Source: a virus (taxonomy: Duplodnaviria > Caudoviricetes). Taken from it: a DNA stretch of 64,000 nt. The notes beneath the pieces are model-generated. The model searched no databases. It was not told where the DNA came from and saw only the letters and a program-made list of their open reading frames with translations. The DNA lies in the IMG/VR virus record IMGVR_UViG_3300037189_030782. One strand, given 5' to 3'. Shown here piece by piece: positions 35,296-46,051 of this stretch (position 1 is its first letter; each line of letters starts with the position of its first letter). A program made the translations under genes and the position numbers.

Positions 35296-38200
35296 ATGGC
35301 AGATATCAACAAATACGCACTTCAGCTGCAGATTCAATTAGATCAAGAGATCCTTCGTACTGCGATCGACGATGTCTCAGAGCAGTTTGCGCAGCTTGAG
35401 CAGCAAATTGAAAGTCAAATAAATGCAGCATTCATGGAAGTGGTTGGCACCGTTGGCGTCATGTCTGTAGAGCTTAATAAATTCAAGGACATCACTACCA
35501 ATAATTTAACTATGCCGTTACAGTTCTATAATAGGCTTCTTTTACAGAGTGTGGCACATAGCACAGCATATGCGGACACGCTAGAACGAGCCAAAGGTTC
35601 TACAGATAATTTGGTAGTTAGCAGCACTGCTTTGGTTACACATAGTACAGCTTACGCCAAAGAGCTAGCGGAAGCAACAGGACGAGTCGGTGAACTGATA
35701 GACGGCACGAAGGCCATCGGAGATATTAGCAATACTTATTTAGCTACGGTTGAACAAACCACTAAGGCGGTTGCAGGCTATACTGATAATATAACAAATA
35801 GCGTCACAGCAAGCAAGGAACACTTCGATGTACTAAAAGCCACGAATAAGGTTGTCGCTAATTTGACGGTGCCTCAAAGTGTAAACACGGCATTGACAAT
35901 GATGCGCAGTCAGTTTGGTAGTCTAGGAGAGATGTCCAAGCTGTCTAACGAGCAATTTGCAGCGTTGAGCACTAATTTAGACGCAGAATTCATGGCTACC
36001 AGCCTAGAAGGCATTGGCGAAATATGGGCAAGCTTGAGTGTTGACCAGCAGAAGTATTTTGCTCAGTATGCAAAATTAGCAGCAGTGCAATTAAATGGCA
36101 TTCAAAAAGAAGGTGGTAGTTTAAACGAGCATCAAAAATCACTGGTAAAAATAACCGACACCATTAAGACTAAAAACAAGAATCACGAGACTGAACTTGA
36201 TATGGTCATGAAGGAAAGTGGGCAATTCCTTCTGCTAAATAAGCTTTCGGAAGGCTTTGGTACAAAGTTAGCCACGGCTGTAAAGGTTGGCACACAGCTT
36301 TATAGCGTCGCTTCTTCGGTCGTAGGCGAATTAAGGAAATGGGATGCTCCGGATGATTTCATAGAAGCGAATTACAGAATGATAGCTGGACAGTACGATT
36401 TGGCTTCGGCAATGGAGACCACCGCTGGCGCATATGGCATTACATCTCAAGCTGCTACTGAGGCCACCAAGGCTTTGATAAGCAATGGCGTCGCCACTAA
36501 AGGTAATTTCGCTGAGACTATGAAATTAGTTGGCACATTCGGGCAGCTAGCAAGGGTAACTGGTGTTAGCATACAAACGCAAGCCACGCTTGCGCGTAAC
36601 TTAAAATCAGTTGGGATGTCCCTGGAAGATACGTCCCGCATCATGGGTACTACCGCAGTGGCGATGCGTACGATGGGCCTATCTGCGGACGATGCGAGGA
36701 ATCATATCGATGCGTTGAATTCGTTGATAGAAGAATCTGGAGTCATCCTAGGTAAGGAAGGGGTCGAATCTGCAAATAAGTTGGGGCTTGCATTCGCAAA
36801 AACAGCACGCGAGATCGGTATTGCCACCAAAGAAACTAGCAAGCTAGTGAGAGAGCTGTCCGACGTGACTAGTAACTTATCCCTCATGGCTAATATCAAT
36901 GAGACGGATAGCTTAACCGACAAAATGCGTAAAGCTGGGAACGTGATAGGCCCCATGGTAAATGGGATGGGACAATTAGGTGAAAAGATAAAAGCTGGTA
37001 CAGCTTTAAGTGCGTACGAAGGCTTAGCCTTGAAGCAGATGGCCGATTCAGTCGGCATGAACGTCAATCAGTTCAAGTTGCTATATATCCAATCTTCGAA
37101 GACTGGCGCTGAGCTAGCCAAGATGGAAGCAGAAATTAACGATGCAGCTGAGCAAGCGAAAAGCGCAGCTAAGATAAACGACATGTACACTGAAAGTATG
37201 GAAAACTTCAGCAAGCAAGTAGAAGGAATCTGGAACGAAATAAAAACGATCGTCTTGCCGGTGGTTTACACTTTCATGCATGCTTTAACAGCTGTATTGT
37301 GGGTCTTCCGTGCTATCACGTATACCTTAGCCGCCATCATTGGTCCATTTATGTCATTTGCAAGTGCTACCAATGAATCGGCTTTCGGATTAGAGATTTT
37401 TACAGGGATAGCCACGCCGTTAATTGATCTTTTTAGAATGTTAGGCTCTGGCCTATCTTATCTTGCCTCAATGTTTAACTTTTTCGGTGATAATCTGAAT
37501 AAAGCTTGGAACGAATTAACCTGGGTCGAAGCGGCTGCTAAACTCGTTTTAAGCGCTTTCAAAATGGTAGCGCAAGTCATTATGTTAGTACTTGGCGCTG
37601 TTGTGATATGGTTAGTTGTCGGTGGTCAATTAATCACATTCTTTAATGTGTTAGCTAGTACGATAGGTTTTTCAGGTGGTTCAATAGCCACGACTGGTGC
37701 GACGATGCTTTCTAGACTAGCCACGAGCTTCACGTCATTTGTGACAAATGTGTCTGGTTCGTTAAGTACGTTCTTTACGAGAGTAGCGCAAGGTATTGGC
37801 ACATTCCTAACTAGCATAGCAAATGCAATGTTATCGGCGTCAAGGGTCTTAGGACGCATAGCTACGAATTTAGCACCTGCGGTGCCGGTTCTATTGGCTA
37901 TTGGCGTGGCATTAATTTTGGCGGCGGCTGGCGTGTATATCTTTGCTATGAGCTTGCAGATGCTAGCCGCAAATGCAGTGACTGCATTGGTGGCGGTAGT
38001 GGTATTGGGCTTGTTCATTTGGGCTTTGGTGGCTATAGCTGCTGGCGCTACTGCCGCTTTACCTGTGTTATTGCCCTTAGCGGCTGTGCTACTGGCAGTG
38101 GCAGTGGTTGCCGCAGCAGTTGGTCTGGCGGTAATGATGGTAGGATTAGGATTTCAGTATGCTGCTCAGGGGGTGGCTATCCTTGCTGAGCATCTTACTG

Positions 38201-39909
38201 CTGAATTAGCATTTAACATGCTACTGGCAGCGTCTGCTATGTATGTGCTTGCTCTTAGTATTGCGGTTCTGGCTATAGCTGCGTGGTATGGTGCGCCAGG
38301 GATTTTTTTCTTGGCTTTTAGTTTAATGATAGTGGCTGCAGCTGTGCTGTTGGCTGCATACGGCATGGAGTGGCTAGGCTCAGGCATGGTTGCTTTGGGT
38401 GATGGAGTAGCTAATCTTGCTAGCTCATTTTCAGCCGGACTGATTGGCAACCTGTTTATGCTCGGAGCTGCAATAGCGTGGCTTTTTTGGTCTGCGACAG
38501 GATTAGGTTGGTTATCTGAAGCATTCTTGAAGCTAGGCACTGGGATGCAGATGTTTGCAGATGGCGTGACAGCGTTAAGCGCCGGAGCCTTGATACAGTT
38601 TGCAACAGATATCAAGCAGGCAGCGGAGCTATTGGGTCCCGCCATGGAAGCGTTGGAACCAGCTATCGAAGCTGTTAAGGCTTCGGTTAATGGGCTGATA
38701 ATGGCTGGAATCCAGTTGTCTATTGGAGCCAGTTTCCTTGCGTACGGCGCTTTGATGATATATGTTTCAGCAGTTGCGTTATATAACGCTGGCGACATGA
38801 TGTATGAGGGCGCGATTGCTCTTCAGTATAATGCGATATTGCTATCGGAGTCAGCGCCCTTACTGCTTGAAGCAGCTACTATATTGTTAATGGCTGCTGT
38901 GCCTCTATTATTAGCCAGCATTGGCTTGCTCTTTGCAGCATATTTTCTATTAATAGCGGCGATAATATTAGTGCCTGGGTCTATCATCTTGTCATACGCA
39001 TCAGTCATCTTGTTATTTGCATCTACTGTCTTATACCTATCATCGCTGTTTATGTACCCTGCTAGCGAATGGCTGTTGATATCTTCAGCCCTGTTAATTG
39101 AAGCTGCTATTCAGATTTTAATCGGAGCTCTCATTTTGCTACATGCAGCAGTTGTCTTAGCTTTCGCTGTGACCTTTTTATACTATGGAGCTTGGTCACT
39201 GTTAAGTTTAGCTGCTATTTTCTACGTTGCTAGCGTTGCGTTAATATTCCCAGTACTATTATTTAACCTGGTCGCTGAGGGTATTTTAGTCGGTTCTAAA
39301 AATTTGGGTACTGCTGCCGACTTGCTGAATGAAGCTGGTAAAGCGTTCACTGGGGCGTCCGCTGCGTTTCAGGCTGCATCGCTGGCTATGAATCAGACAG
39401 TAGACCCCTTGGTCTTTGTAATACGGAAGTTAACCAACAGCGGCATCGTTGAAAATCTTACTGCTTTCGCTGTGAGTATTACTGATCCGATTACTAAGAT
39501 AGCTAGCGCCTTTGGAGAGTTGGCAGATAGCATTAACAAATATGTGACTGCCATGTTGGAATTAAGCCGATATGACGCTGAAATTGGTGGTGCGATGGCT
39601 AGGCAGCAGGAGCAGCTTACTAGTCTTTCAGACTACGCAAGTAGCACAGAAACATTGACGTCGCCGGTGATTGGTGGTAATGTGATGCCCGATGATGTGA
39701 TGGCGCAGCCGCTAGCGTCAAATCGTCGTGCCACAGTAACGTATGGGTCTCAGCAGAGAGCTGCTGCGACTGGTTTCAATACGACTAGCTACGACAAGAC
39801 AGATATCACTCCGATGGTTGAAAAACTGGAAGAAGTGCGGTTATTATTGGAAAATATGCTACCAGATCTTGCTAGGCGTCAGCGCAGCCAATTAGGAGAG
39901 TGGATTTAA
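35296..39909 (+). CDS. Tape measure protein (1537 aa)
   Basis: Long Ala/Leu-rich helical protein with an extended hydrophobic region, between tube/chaperone and baseplate genes. Confidence 0.88.
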   Translation: MADINKYALQLQIQLDQEILRTAIDDVSEQFAQLEQQIESQINAAFMEVVGTVGVMSVELNKFKDITTNNLTMPLQFYNRLLLQSVAHSTAYADTLERAKGSTDNLVVSSTALVTHSTAYAKELAEATGRVGELIDGTKAIGDISNTYLATVEQTTKAVAGYTDNITNSVTASKEHFDVLKATNKVVANLTVPQSVNTALTMMRSQFGSLGEMSKLSNEQFAALSTNLDAEFMATSLEGIGEIWASLSVDQQKYFAQYAKLAAVQLNGIQKEGGSLNEHQKSLVKITDTIKTKNKNHETELDMVMKESGQFLLLNKLSEGFGTKLATAVKVGTQLYSVASSVVGELRKWDAPDDFIEANYRMIAGQYDLASAMETTAGAYGITSQAATEATKALISNGVATKGNFAETMKLVGTFGQLARVTGVSIQTQATLARNLKSVGMSLEDTSRIMGTTAVAMRTMGLSADDARNHIDALNSLIEESGVILGKEGVESANKLGLAFAKTAREIGIATKETSKLVRELSDVTSNLSLMANINETDSLTDKMRKAGNVIGPMVNGMGQLGEKIKAGTALSAYEGLALKQMADSVGMNVNQFKLLYIQSSKTGAELAKMEAEINDAAEQAKSAAKINDMYTESMENFSKQVEGIWNEIKTIVLPVVYTFMHALTAVLWVFRAITYTLAAIIGPFMSFASATNESAFGLEIFTGIATPLIDLFRMLGSGLSYLASMFNFFGDNLNKAWNELTWVEAAAKLVLSAFKMVAQVIMLVLGAVVIWLVVGGQLITFFNVLASTIGFSGGSIATTGATMLSRLATSFTSFVTNVSGSLSTFFTRVAQGIGTFLTSIANAMLSASRVLGRIATNLAPAVPVLLAIGVALILAAAGVYIFAMSLQMLAANAVTALVAVVVLGLFIWALVAIAAGATAALPVLLPLAAVLLAVAVVAAAVGLAVMMVGLGFQYAAQGVAILAEHLTAELAFNMLLAASAMYVLALSIAVLAIAAWYGAPGIFFLAFSLMIVAAAVLLAAYGMEWLGSGMVALGDGVANLASSFSAGLIGNLFMLGAAIAWLFWSATGLGWLSEAFLKLGTGMQMFADGVTALSAGALIQFATDIKQAAELLGPAMEALEPAIEAVKASVNGLIMAGIQLSIGASFLAYGALMIYVSAVALYNAGDMMYEGAIALQYNAILLSESAPLLLEAATILLMAAVPLLLASIGLLFAAYFLLIAAIILVPGSIILSYASVILLFASTVLYLSSLFMYPASEWLLISSALLIEAAIQILIGALILLHAAVVLAFAVTFLYYGAWSLLSLAAIFYVASVALIFPVLLFNLVAEGILVGSKNLGTAADLLNEAGKAFTGASAAFQAASLAMNQTVDPLVFVIRKLTNSGIVENLTAFAVSITDPITKIASAFGELADSINKYVTAMLELSRYDAEIGGAMARQQEQLTSLSDYASSTETLTSPVIGGNVMPDDVMAQPLASNRRATVTYGSQQRAAATGFNTTSYDKTDITPMVEKLEEVRLLLENMLPDLARRQRSQLGEWI

Positions 39910-40523
39910 TGGCGACCCTTACAAGCTATGACAAAGCAGCTGCGGAAACTTGCGTGTTACTCTATGCCGATGGAATTCAGCAGGAGTTCCAGTTCCCTCC
40001 AAAAGTTACGAGCGACGACGCCAATTTGGAATGGAATAGTACCGCAGGATCTGCATATACTGGCGAAATACTTTTTCCAAAATCAATTAAAAATCGTACG
40101 TTAAAGTTAGAATGGACGTACCTACCAGGCTTCGATGGCTGGAGCATAGCGGATGTCCAAATTCAAGTTCGCAATTTCAGAGGTTTTATCTATGCTGGTG
40201 TGCTGGCGGACAAAGAAGCATCTACTTATGCATTTGCAATAGATTTCAAATACCCAGGAATTACGGGCGATAGCACGCAGACAGTGGCGATGAGTGACAT
40301 GTCAGTAAAATACTCTGACACGATGTACACTAGTCCGATTGTGTATCCGACTAAGGTAGATCTCTCATGTACGCTAAAGCTATGGTATAATGTTGCCGCT
40401 GGCAAAAAGGCTGGTGAAGATGCGAAAAGCGCAAAGCCAGACCCCAAAAATCCTAATCCTCAACCGAAGGTAGATGATGATGGTGGTTTAAATCTTAAAA
40501 ATGTAAGTTATGCGTGGTACTAA
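39909..40523 (+). CDS. Tail tube initiator / baseplate protein (gp48/gp54-like)
   Basis: FQFPPKVTSD, RTLKLEW, YPTKVDLSCTL; directly after the tape measure gene. Confidence 0.6.
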   Translation: MATLTSYDKAAAETCVLLYADGIQQEFQFPPKVTSDDANLEWNSTAGSAYTGEILFPKSIKNRTLKLEWTYLPGFDGWSIADVQIQVRNFRGFIYAGVLADKEASTYAFAIDFKYPGITGDSTQTVAMSDMSVKYSDTMYTSPIVYPTKVDLSCTLKLWYNVAAGKKAGEDAKSAKPDPKNPNPQPKVDDDGGLNLKNVSYAWY

Positions 40524-40524
40524 T

Positions 40525-40830
40525 ATGGCAAGCAATGTTTCTAGATATAATAAAACCAAAATGCTGACCTACCAGCAGCAATCTACCTATGGCGTGTGGG
40601 TTGTGCCAATTGATTTAGCCAGTATCCCAGAAGATCGTATATCAACATACGTTGTGACCACAGGGTTAGCCGGGCGGGCCGATATTATCGCTGGCTATTT
40701 ATACGGTAACCCACAGTACGATTGGGTTTTGTACACATACAATAATGTTGTCGATACAATAAATTGGCCACCAGTTGGATTGGTTATAAAATATCCAATT
40801 GCATCTTACCTGCTACCACGGATTTCGTAA
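40525..40830 (+). CDS. Baseplate wedge protein (T4 gp53 / LysM-like)
   Basis: GRADIIAGYLYGNPQYDWVLYTYNN. Confidence 0.8.
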   Translation: MASNVSRYNKTKMLTYQQQSTYGVWVVPIDLASIPEDRISTYVVTTGLAGRADIIAGYLYGNPQYDWVLYTYNNVVDTINWPPVGLVIKYPIASYLLPRIS

Positions 40831-43265
40831 TGGATACGCCTGGGCTATACTACAATAAATTAATACGTGAGCGGTCTACCCCAATAGCCGAACGCTTTCC
40901 TGGTTTCTATCGTGCCATGGTTGTTGACACAAATGATCCATTAAACATGGGGCGTATTCGATTCCTATGCCCAGAAATGCACAATAGTAATATGTCGGTA
41001 GCTGATGCGCCGTTCGCTGTCCCAGCACCGGGTTTTGGTGGTCCGCGGAGCGGAATATTCAGCAACCCTTGTGTCGGGGATGGCGTTTGGATCTCGCTAG
41101 AAAAGCAACATCCATTCGGCCCAATTTGGTTTGCAGGCGCTGATCCTACTAGACAGCGTTATTACACGCGCTTCCAAGTCACCAATCCGAGCCCAGTAAG
41201 TTTGAGTTTTAATGCTGAGCCGCAGGGTCCACCTGAGGATTATGATCCCGATTATCTGCCAAAAGACGGCAGACCTATGAATTTCGGTTACACCGACCGC
41301 TATGGCACGACTGTAATCAGTAGTGCAGTGGGGTTTTTCCCGGTTACTCACACTCTTGCAGACCCTCCTGCGGAGTATGACCCGTACGCTTCTGCTGCAT
41401 ATAATAACGCAAAAGCTAAACCTGAAGTTAATTCTCCTGATAGAAAATATCATGCTGAAATTACTAAATATGGCAATATTTTTCAGTTAAGTGATGTAGG
41501 TTACTACTGGCATAAAAGCGATGATACTTCGTCATTCGGTGAATTTGTTGGCGATCCTGCTGTAGATGAGCCGTTTGAAGATCTAAGATTTAAGTATATT
41601 CAAAGACTTTTAAATGAAGGCCAAGCCAGCACTGCTTCTGGCGGCATGGAGGTGCCTGGTGCCGATCAAAGAAAGATTTCGCTCCTCTCACGCTATGGTC
41701 ATAAATGGGAACAACGTGATGTCGGATATGCTCAACCTGGACCTATGTTAAATTCTGCTAGGCAGAATGAATATGGGCAGGGCCAATTCTTGAGTTTAGA
41801 ATCGCAGAACGACATGCGGTGGCTGAAGTGGCGTAGCAAAGCAGGCAATCTTTATCAAGCTTCTGATGTGGGATACGATCCAGCTTTTAATATTAATATT
41901 AGGAAGACTAATTTAGAAGACGCAGGATATGGTTCTGAAAAAGAAGACCAATATTTTGCTAATAAAGATATGCGCATGACCAGAATCGTCACCCCAGGTG
42001 GGCTGAAATTTGTATTGGATGATCGTGGCGCAGATGTTGCTGATCCTATTGGTAATCCATGGCCGTGTAGCAATGGATTCATGTTAAAAGGCCGTAGACC
42101 AGCTGGATCGTTTGGCATAAAACCTGCATCCGGAGAGAGAGCAACTGCCGTAGCAACGATATCGGAAGGGCGAATTACCGCCATAGAGATCATTAATCCT
42201 GGCAGTATGTACGAGGACCCACCGAAGGTCAGCATTACTGATCCTAACCGCAGCGGCAAGGGGGCGGTTGCTAGAGCTGTGGTTGTTGATGGTTTTACAG
42301 TAAGCATCATCTTAATTGCTTCGGGTGCTTCATATGAAGAAGCAGTTGTCGAGATTGAACCACCGCCGTATGCTCGTGGTTTCTATGTTGAAGCGAACGA
42401 AAATGATTTGAGTAACCATCTGACTATTGGTTCGCCACTTGGATCAGTCTTTGAGCTTAATGATAGGTATCAATATAGTATCATTACTAACGGCCTAGGT
42501 AAGAAATATACCATGCCGTGGCAAGGCATACAGGAGAATGAATTCCTGCGATCGCCTACGATGGTTAATAGCCCAGAATCAACATCATATCACTTAAAGC
42601 TCGATTTACAGAACGAATATTTAAGGCTTAAAACAAGGGGCGGTCAGGGGCCAGGTCCAGAGATTGATAGGGGTGGACCAGTTAACCCTACTGGTGTGAC
42701 TGACGGTATTCAAGCTGGGCTAGAAGCTCACGACGGCCAAAAAGGTGATGGCCCTTGGGTAGAGCTGGTGGACAGCGAAGCTCGTGGGTTTTGGTTTAGT
42801 AAAAAACATAACATAGGCGTGTGGCGTGGGAAAAAAGGCAAAAGGACTTATTTTATTATTGACGATTCTAATGACACGATAAGCATCGTTAATGGAGCTC
42901 CCACTGGAACTATTGAAATATACAGCGCTGGCAATATTAACATGAGAGCTGAGAAGCGTATAAACATGTACGCAGGTCAAGGCATCAGCATGTCTACACC
43001 TCAGAGCATGGTTTTGTCAGGCGGAGCAGCTAAGATTGGAATGGAAGGAATCGGGGTGCATGTCACTGGGTTACCGTCAATCGGTCTAATAAGTGCACCG
43101 ATCATACCGCCTCCAGTACCAAATATACCTGGTAAGCTAGAGCCGACTGACCGTGGCGCTACTTATAATGGGCCGTTCGAATCATGCCCGGATGCAGAGA
43201 TTGAGCATCAGCTTGATTCGTTATTCAGTCAAGTAGACGGCTGGCTCCCTGGCTTTGCGAGGTAA
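40830..43265 (+). CDS. Baseplate central spike (gp5 / VgrG-like)
   Basis: OB-fold YRAMVVDTNDPLNMGRIRF, PCVGDGVWI; beta-helix-like C-terminus. Confidence 0.85.
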   Translation: MDTPGLYYNKLIRERSTPIAERFPGFYRAMVVDTNDPLNMGRIRFLCPEMHNSNMSVADAPFAVPAPGFGGPRSGIFSNPCVGDGVWISLEKQHPFGPIWFAGADPTRQRYYTRFQVTNPSPVSLSFNAEPQGPPEDYDPDYLPKDGRPMNFGYTDRYGTTVISSAVGFFPVTHTLADPPAEYDPYASAAYNNAKAKPEVNSPDRKYHAEITKYGNIFQLSDVGYYWHKSDDTSSFGEFVGDPAVDEPFEDLRFKYIQRLLNEGQASTASGGMEVPGADQRKISLLSRYGHKWEQRDVGYAQPGPMLNSARQNEYGQGQFLSLESQNDMRWLKWRSKAGNLYQASDVGYDPAFNINIRKTNLEDAGYGSEKEDQYFANKDMRMTRIVTPGGLKFVLDDRGADVADPIGNPWPCSNGFMLKGRRPAGSFGIKPASGERATAVATISEGRITAIEIINPGSMYEDPPKVSITDPNRSGKGAVARAVVVDGFTVSIILIASGASYEEAVVEIEPPPYARGFYVEANENDLSNHLTIGSPLGSVFELNDRYQYSIITNGLGKKYTMPWQGIQENEFLRSPTMVNSPESTSYHLKLDLQNEYLRLKTRGGQGPGPEIDRGGPVNPTGVTDGIQAGLEAHDGQKGDGPWVELVDSEARGFWFSKKHNIGVWRGKKGKRTYFIIDDSNDTISIVNGAPTGTIEIYSAGNINMRAEKRINMYAGQGISMSTPQSMVLSGGAAKIGMEGIGVHVTGLPSIGLISAPIIPPPVPNIPGKLEPTDRGATYNGPFESCPDAEIEHQLDSLFSQVDGWLPGFAR

Positions 43266-43266
43266 A

Positions 43267-43986
43267 ATGATAATTAAATTCCCCACTGGATTCTATTCTC
43301 GAAGCCAGTTTACGCAGAATATCACATTTACTGTTAGTTCAGCTATGCCGTTCTTCGGAAGTAGCAATATAGCTAAGGTCCCAGAGGGCATCATTGCTCA
43401 AAACCCTAGAGCTCAACAGGGCACTATCATTTCTAGTAGGCCTCAATTCGGCCAACAAATCGCAACTGTCACAAAGGCAAATGCTGCCGCTACAGGGTCG
43501 ACCACAAAAAAATATGCGTATGGTCAAGCCATTGAACTAACGCCTCCGGTACCAGTTGCTAGCGTTGAACAGATGTACGTCTCAACTGGCGTTGAATATC
43601 TACATGACCAAAATGTGTTAGACCTGCAAAGCTTTGGTCTAACTTTTGTAGAGTCTAATTCTCTGACATTTAGTGGGCTTGAAGCGTTTGAGCAGCTGCG
43701 GGTGCAGTTAAGCCAAGCTATTGCTGCAAGGAAGGACGCTGAACTTGGCATAGGACTAGCTAAGACTAACCTTGGCGATTGCGAAAAAACGTTGGCGGCG
43801 GCGAAAGTCATTGGCAGTACACTGATAGGGCCCACGCAATATGACGAAATCATCAAGACCTTAGAAGCTAAAAAGCAACAGTTGCTGGCAGAAATCACTG
43901 CCCAAACTATCATCGCTAATGAGACTGCGCTAAATGCATCGAAGTTGCGTAATGATCTATTAACCGTAGCCACTCTGGTGAACTAA
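43267..43986 (+). CDS. Hypothetical baseplate-region protein with coiled coil
   Basis: In operon; heptad-rich C-terminal half. Confidence 0.7.
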   Translation: MIIKFPTGFYSRSQFTQNITFTVSSAMPFFGSSNIAKVPEGIIAQNPRAQQGTIISSRPQFGQQIATVTKANAAATGSTTKKYAYGQAIELTPPVPVASVEQMYVSTGVEYLHDQNVLDLQSFGLTFVESNSLTFSGLEAFEQLRVQLSQAIAARKDAELGIGLAKTNLGDCEKTLAAAKVIGSTLIGPTQYDEIIKTLEAKKQQLLAEITAQTIIANETALNASKLRNDLLTVATLVN

Positions 43987-44363
43987 TGGCAAGTGTATAT
44001 GGTTACAATCCTCCGTTCTATGACGGCAAGTATTCGATCTTGCCTAGGCAGGAAGATGAACGCCTGATAAAGAATGACATTTTGCAATTGCTGCTAACGG
44101 TGCCCGGCGAGAGGTACTACAAGCCTGCTTTTGGCGTTGGCATCAGGAATTATTTGTTTGAGCCATTAGACAACGTGCTCTTAAACAGACTCAGATTATC
44201 GATTATTGATCAGATCAGTAAGAATGAACCTAGAGTCATTAACGTCCGAGTGACACTTACGCCTGATGAAGCGCGTAATGGATTAAATATTCAGATTTTT
44301 TCGAATATGAGAAATCAGCCGAACACGTTCATAAATATCGAACAATTCTTCACGAGGGGATGA
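43986..44363 (+). CDS. Baseplate wedge / sheath initiator (gp25 / GPW-like)
   Basis: LLLTVPGERYYKPAFGVGIRNYLFEP, NEPRV. Confidence 0.92.
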   Translation: MASVYGYNPPFYDGKYSILPRQEDERLIKNDILQLLLTVPGERYYKPAFGVGIRNYLFEPLDNVLLNRLRLSIIDQISKNEPRVINVRVTLTPDEARNGLNIQIFSNMRNQPNTFINIEQFFTRG

Positions 44364-44364
44364 C

Positions 44365-46050
44365 ATGGCTGACGCAATAATCACCTTGCCTAACAATTCT
44401 GTTAACGATCAGTTGGTGAAACAGTATGGCGCAGGATCCATCTATTTTCAATTACCACCGGATCCACAACAGATAGGATTATTAACACCAGACAGCAGCT
44501 TACGTTCGCTCGATTTCAGTGGGCTAGACTTTGATACTGCGCGACAGGTGTTATTAGAATACATTAAGACGTACTTTCCAGATAAATTTAATGACTTTGT
44601 AGCTGCAAATGGAATCGTAATGATGACAGAGTTGGTGGCCAGTGCGGTCGCCAAGCTAAGCTTAAGATCTGATCTACTGGCGCAAGAAGCGACGCTAGCC
44701 ACAGCCACGCAAGAGGAATCGGTTTTAAATCATTTAAGTCTGATTAACCAAAAAATTCTACGGCAAACAGCCGCCACCGTAGATTTTGAATGTGTGGTCA
44801 GCAGAATCGCTAGCAGTGACATCAGGATAAATGCTGGAACGAGCTTTAATATCGCTGGAGCTGATGGCAAGAGATTGATTTATGAAGTTTACAAGGCGCC
44901 TGATGATTGGACCAGTCAAATTATCATACCAAGTGGTAAAAAGGGCACTATTGCATTCGGTATCGAAGGTCAATTCACGCAACCAGTAAGCTATTCTTCA
45001 GATGGGACAGCTAACCAATCATTTACTATAAGAGACAATAACATTTTATCTTATCCCGTGTTCATTAAAGTTTCTAATGGGCGCGATATCATAGATTACA
45101 CCGCAATAGATTATCCAATTCAAAAAGCCGGACCCAATGATACGGTCGCTGAGACCATATTCTATGGTGACCGTATGGTGGTAAATTTTGGTGATAATCG
45201 GACTGGCAAAATACCGGCGAGCGGAAGCAGCATTTTAATAAGGTATAGAGTTGGCGGAGGATTAAGGGGTAGGATATCCGCTAACACCATCAGTCAAACC
45301 AACCAGTATGTGTCTGACCCACCGCAATCTTTGCTGGTCAATGTGACTTTCAGTAATGTCACATCGAGTCAGGGCGGTACAGACAAAGAATCTATCGAGG
45401 ACGCAAAGCGACGAGCGCCTAAAGATTTCTCATTGCACGACAGGATCGTTACGATCAGCGATTATAGTCAATTCGCTAAGACGTTTGCTAGTCCTGTATA
45501 TGGAGCTGTGGCAAAAGCAACAGCTATCTGCAGGACTGACATAAATGCTAACTTAGTTGAAGTATATATCTTAGCATTTGGTAAGGATGCACTGGAGCTA
45601 CCAAGTTTGGGTCTTAGAGACGGCTTGAGCAGCAAGATAAGGTTATACAATAATGCTACTGATACTGTTGAGGTTCTGGGCGGCAGGTTAAAGGCGGTAG
45701 ACATCAAAGCTAGCATCATTATTAGTCGCACTGCCGATGGCACTATTGTAAGGCAGGAAGTAGAACGGACTATCAATGAATTCTTTAATTATAATAACTG
45801 GGAACTTGGTGAGGGCTTGTTTTTAAGCAACTTTATTAACACATTAGAGGGTATCGATGGCATTCAGTATGTAGACATGTATGCGCCAAATAGAAATATT
45901 CTTGCCACTAATGAAGTGTTTAACGAAGGCACCGGAACCGCCGGGCATGATCCTTATTTAGTTGGTTTAAACGAATTGATATCTCTAGGCAATAGCCAGA
46001 TTAGTTATTTCTACGAGAAAGTGAGCAATCAACCAACCGTTAGGAGTTAA
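44365..46050 (+). CDS. Baseplate wedge protein (gp6 / baseplate J-like)
   Basis: DFSGLDFD, FNDF, YRVGGG, GGTDKESIE, RIVTISDY. Confidence 0.9.
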   Translation: MADAIITLPNNSVNDQLVKQYGAGSIYFQLPPDPQQIGLLTPDSSLRSLDFSGLDFDTARQVLLEYIKTYFPDKFNDFVAANGIVMMTELVASAVAKLSLRSDLLAQEATLATATQEESVLNHLSLINQKILRQTAATVDFECVVSRIASSDIRINAGTSFNIAGADGKRLIYEVYKAPDDWTSQIIIPSGKKGTIAFGIEGQFTQPVSYSSDGTANQSFTIRDNNILSYPVFIKVSNGRDIIDYTAIDYPIQKAGPNDTVAETIFYGDRMVVNFGDNRTGKIPASGSSILIRYRVGGGLRGRISANTISQTNQYVSDPPQSLLVNVTFSNVTSSQGGTDKESIEDAKRRAPKDFSLHDRIVTISDYSQFAKTFASPVYGAVAKATAICRTDINANLVEVYILAFGKDALELPSLGLRDGLSSKIRLYNNATDTVEVLGGRLKAVDIKASIIISRTADGTIVRQEVERTINEFFNYNNWELGEGLFLSNFINTLEGIDGIQYVDMYAPNRNILATNEVFNEGTGTAGHDPYLVGLNELISLGNSQISYFYEKVSNQPTVRS

Positions 46051-46051
46051 G

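Noticed and set aside
43170-43190. tRNA T-loop-like GTTCGAATC
   Set aside because: Inside the spike CDS; no D arm, anticodon arm or acceptor stem.
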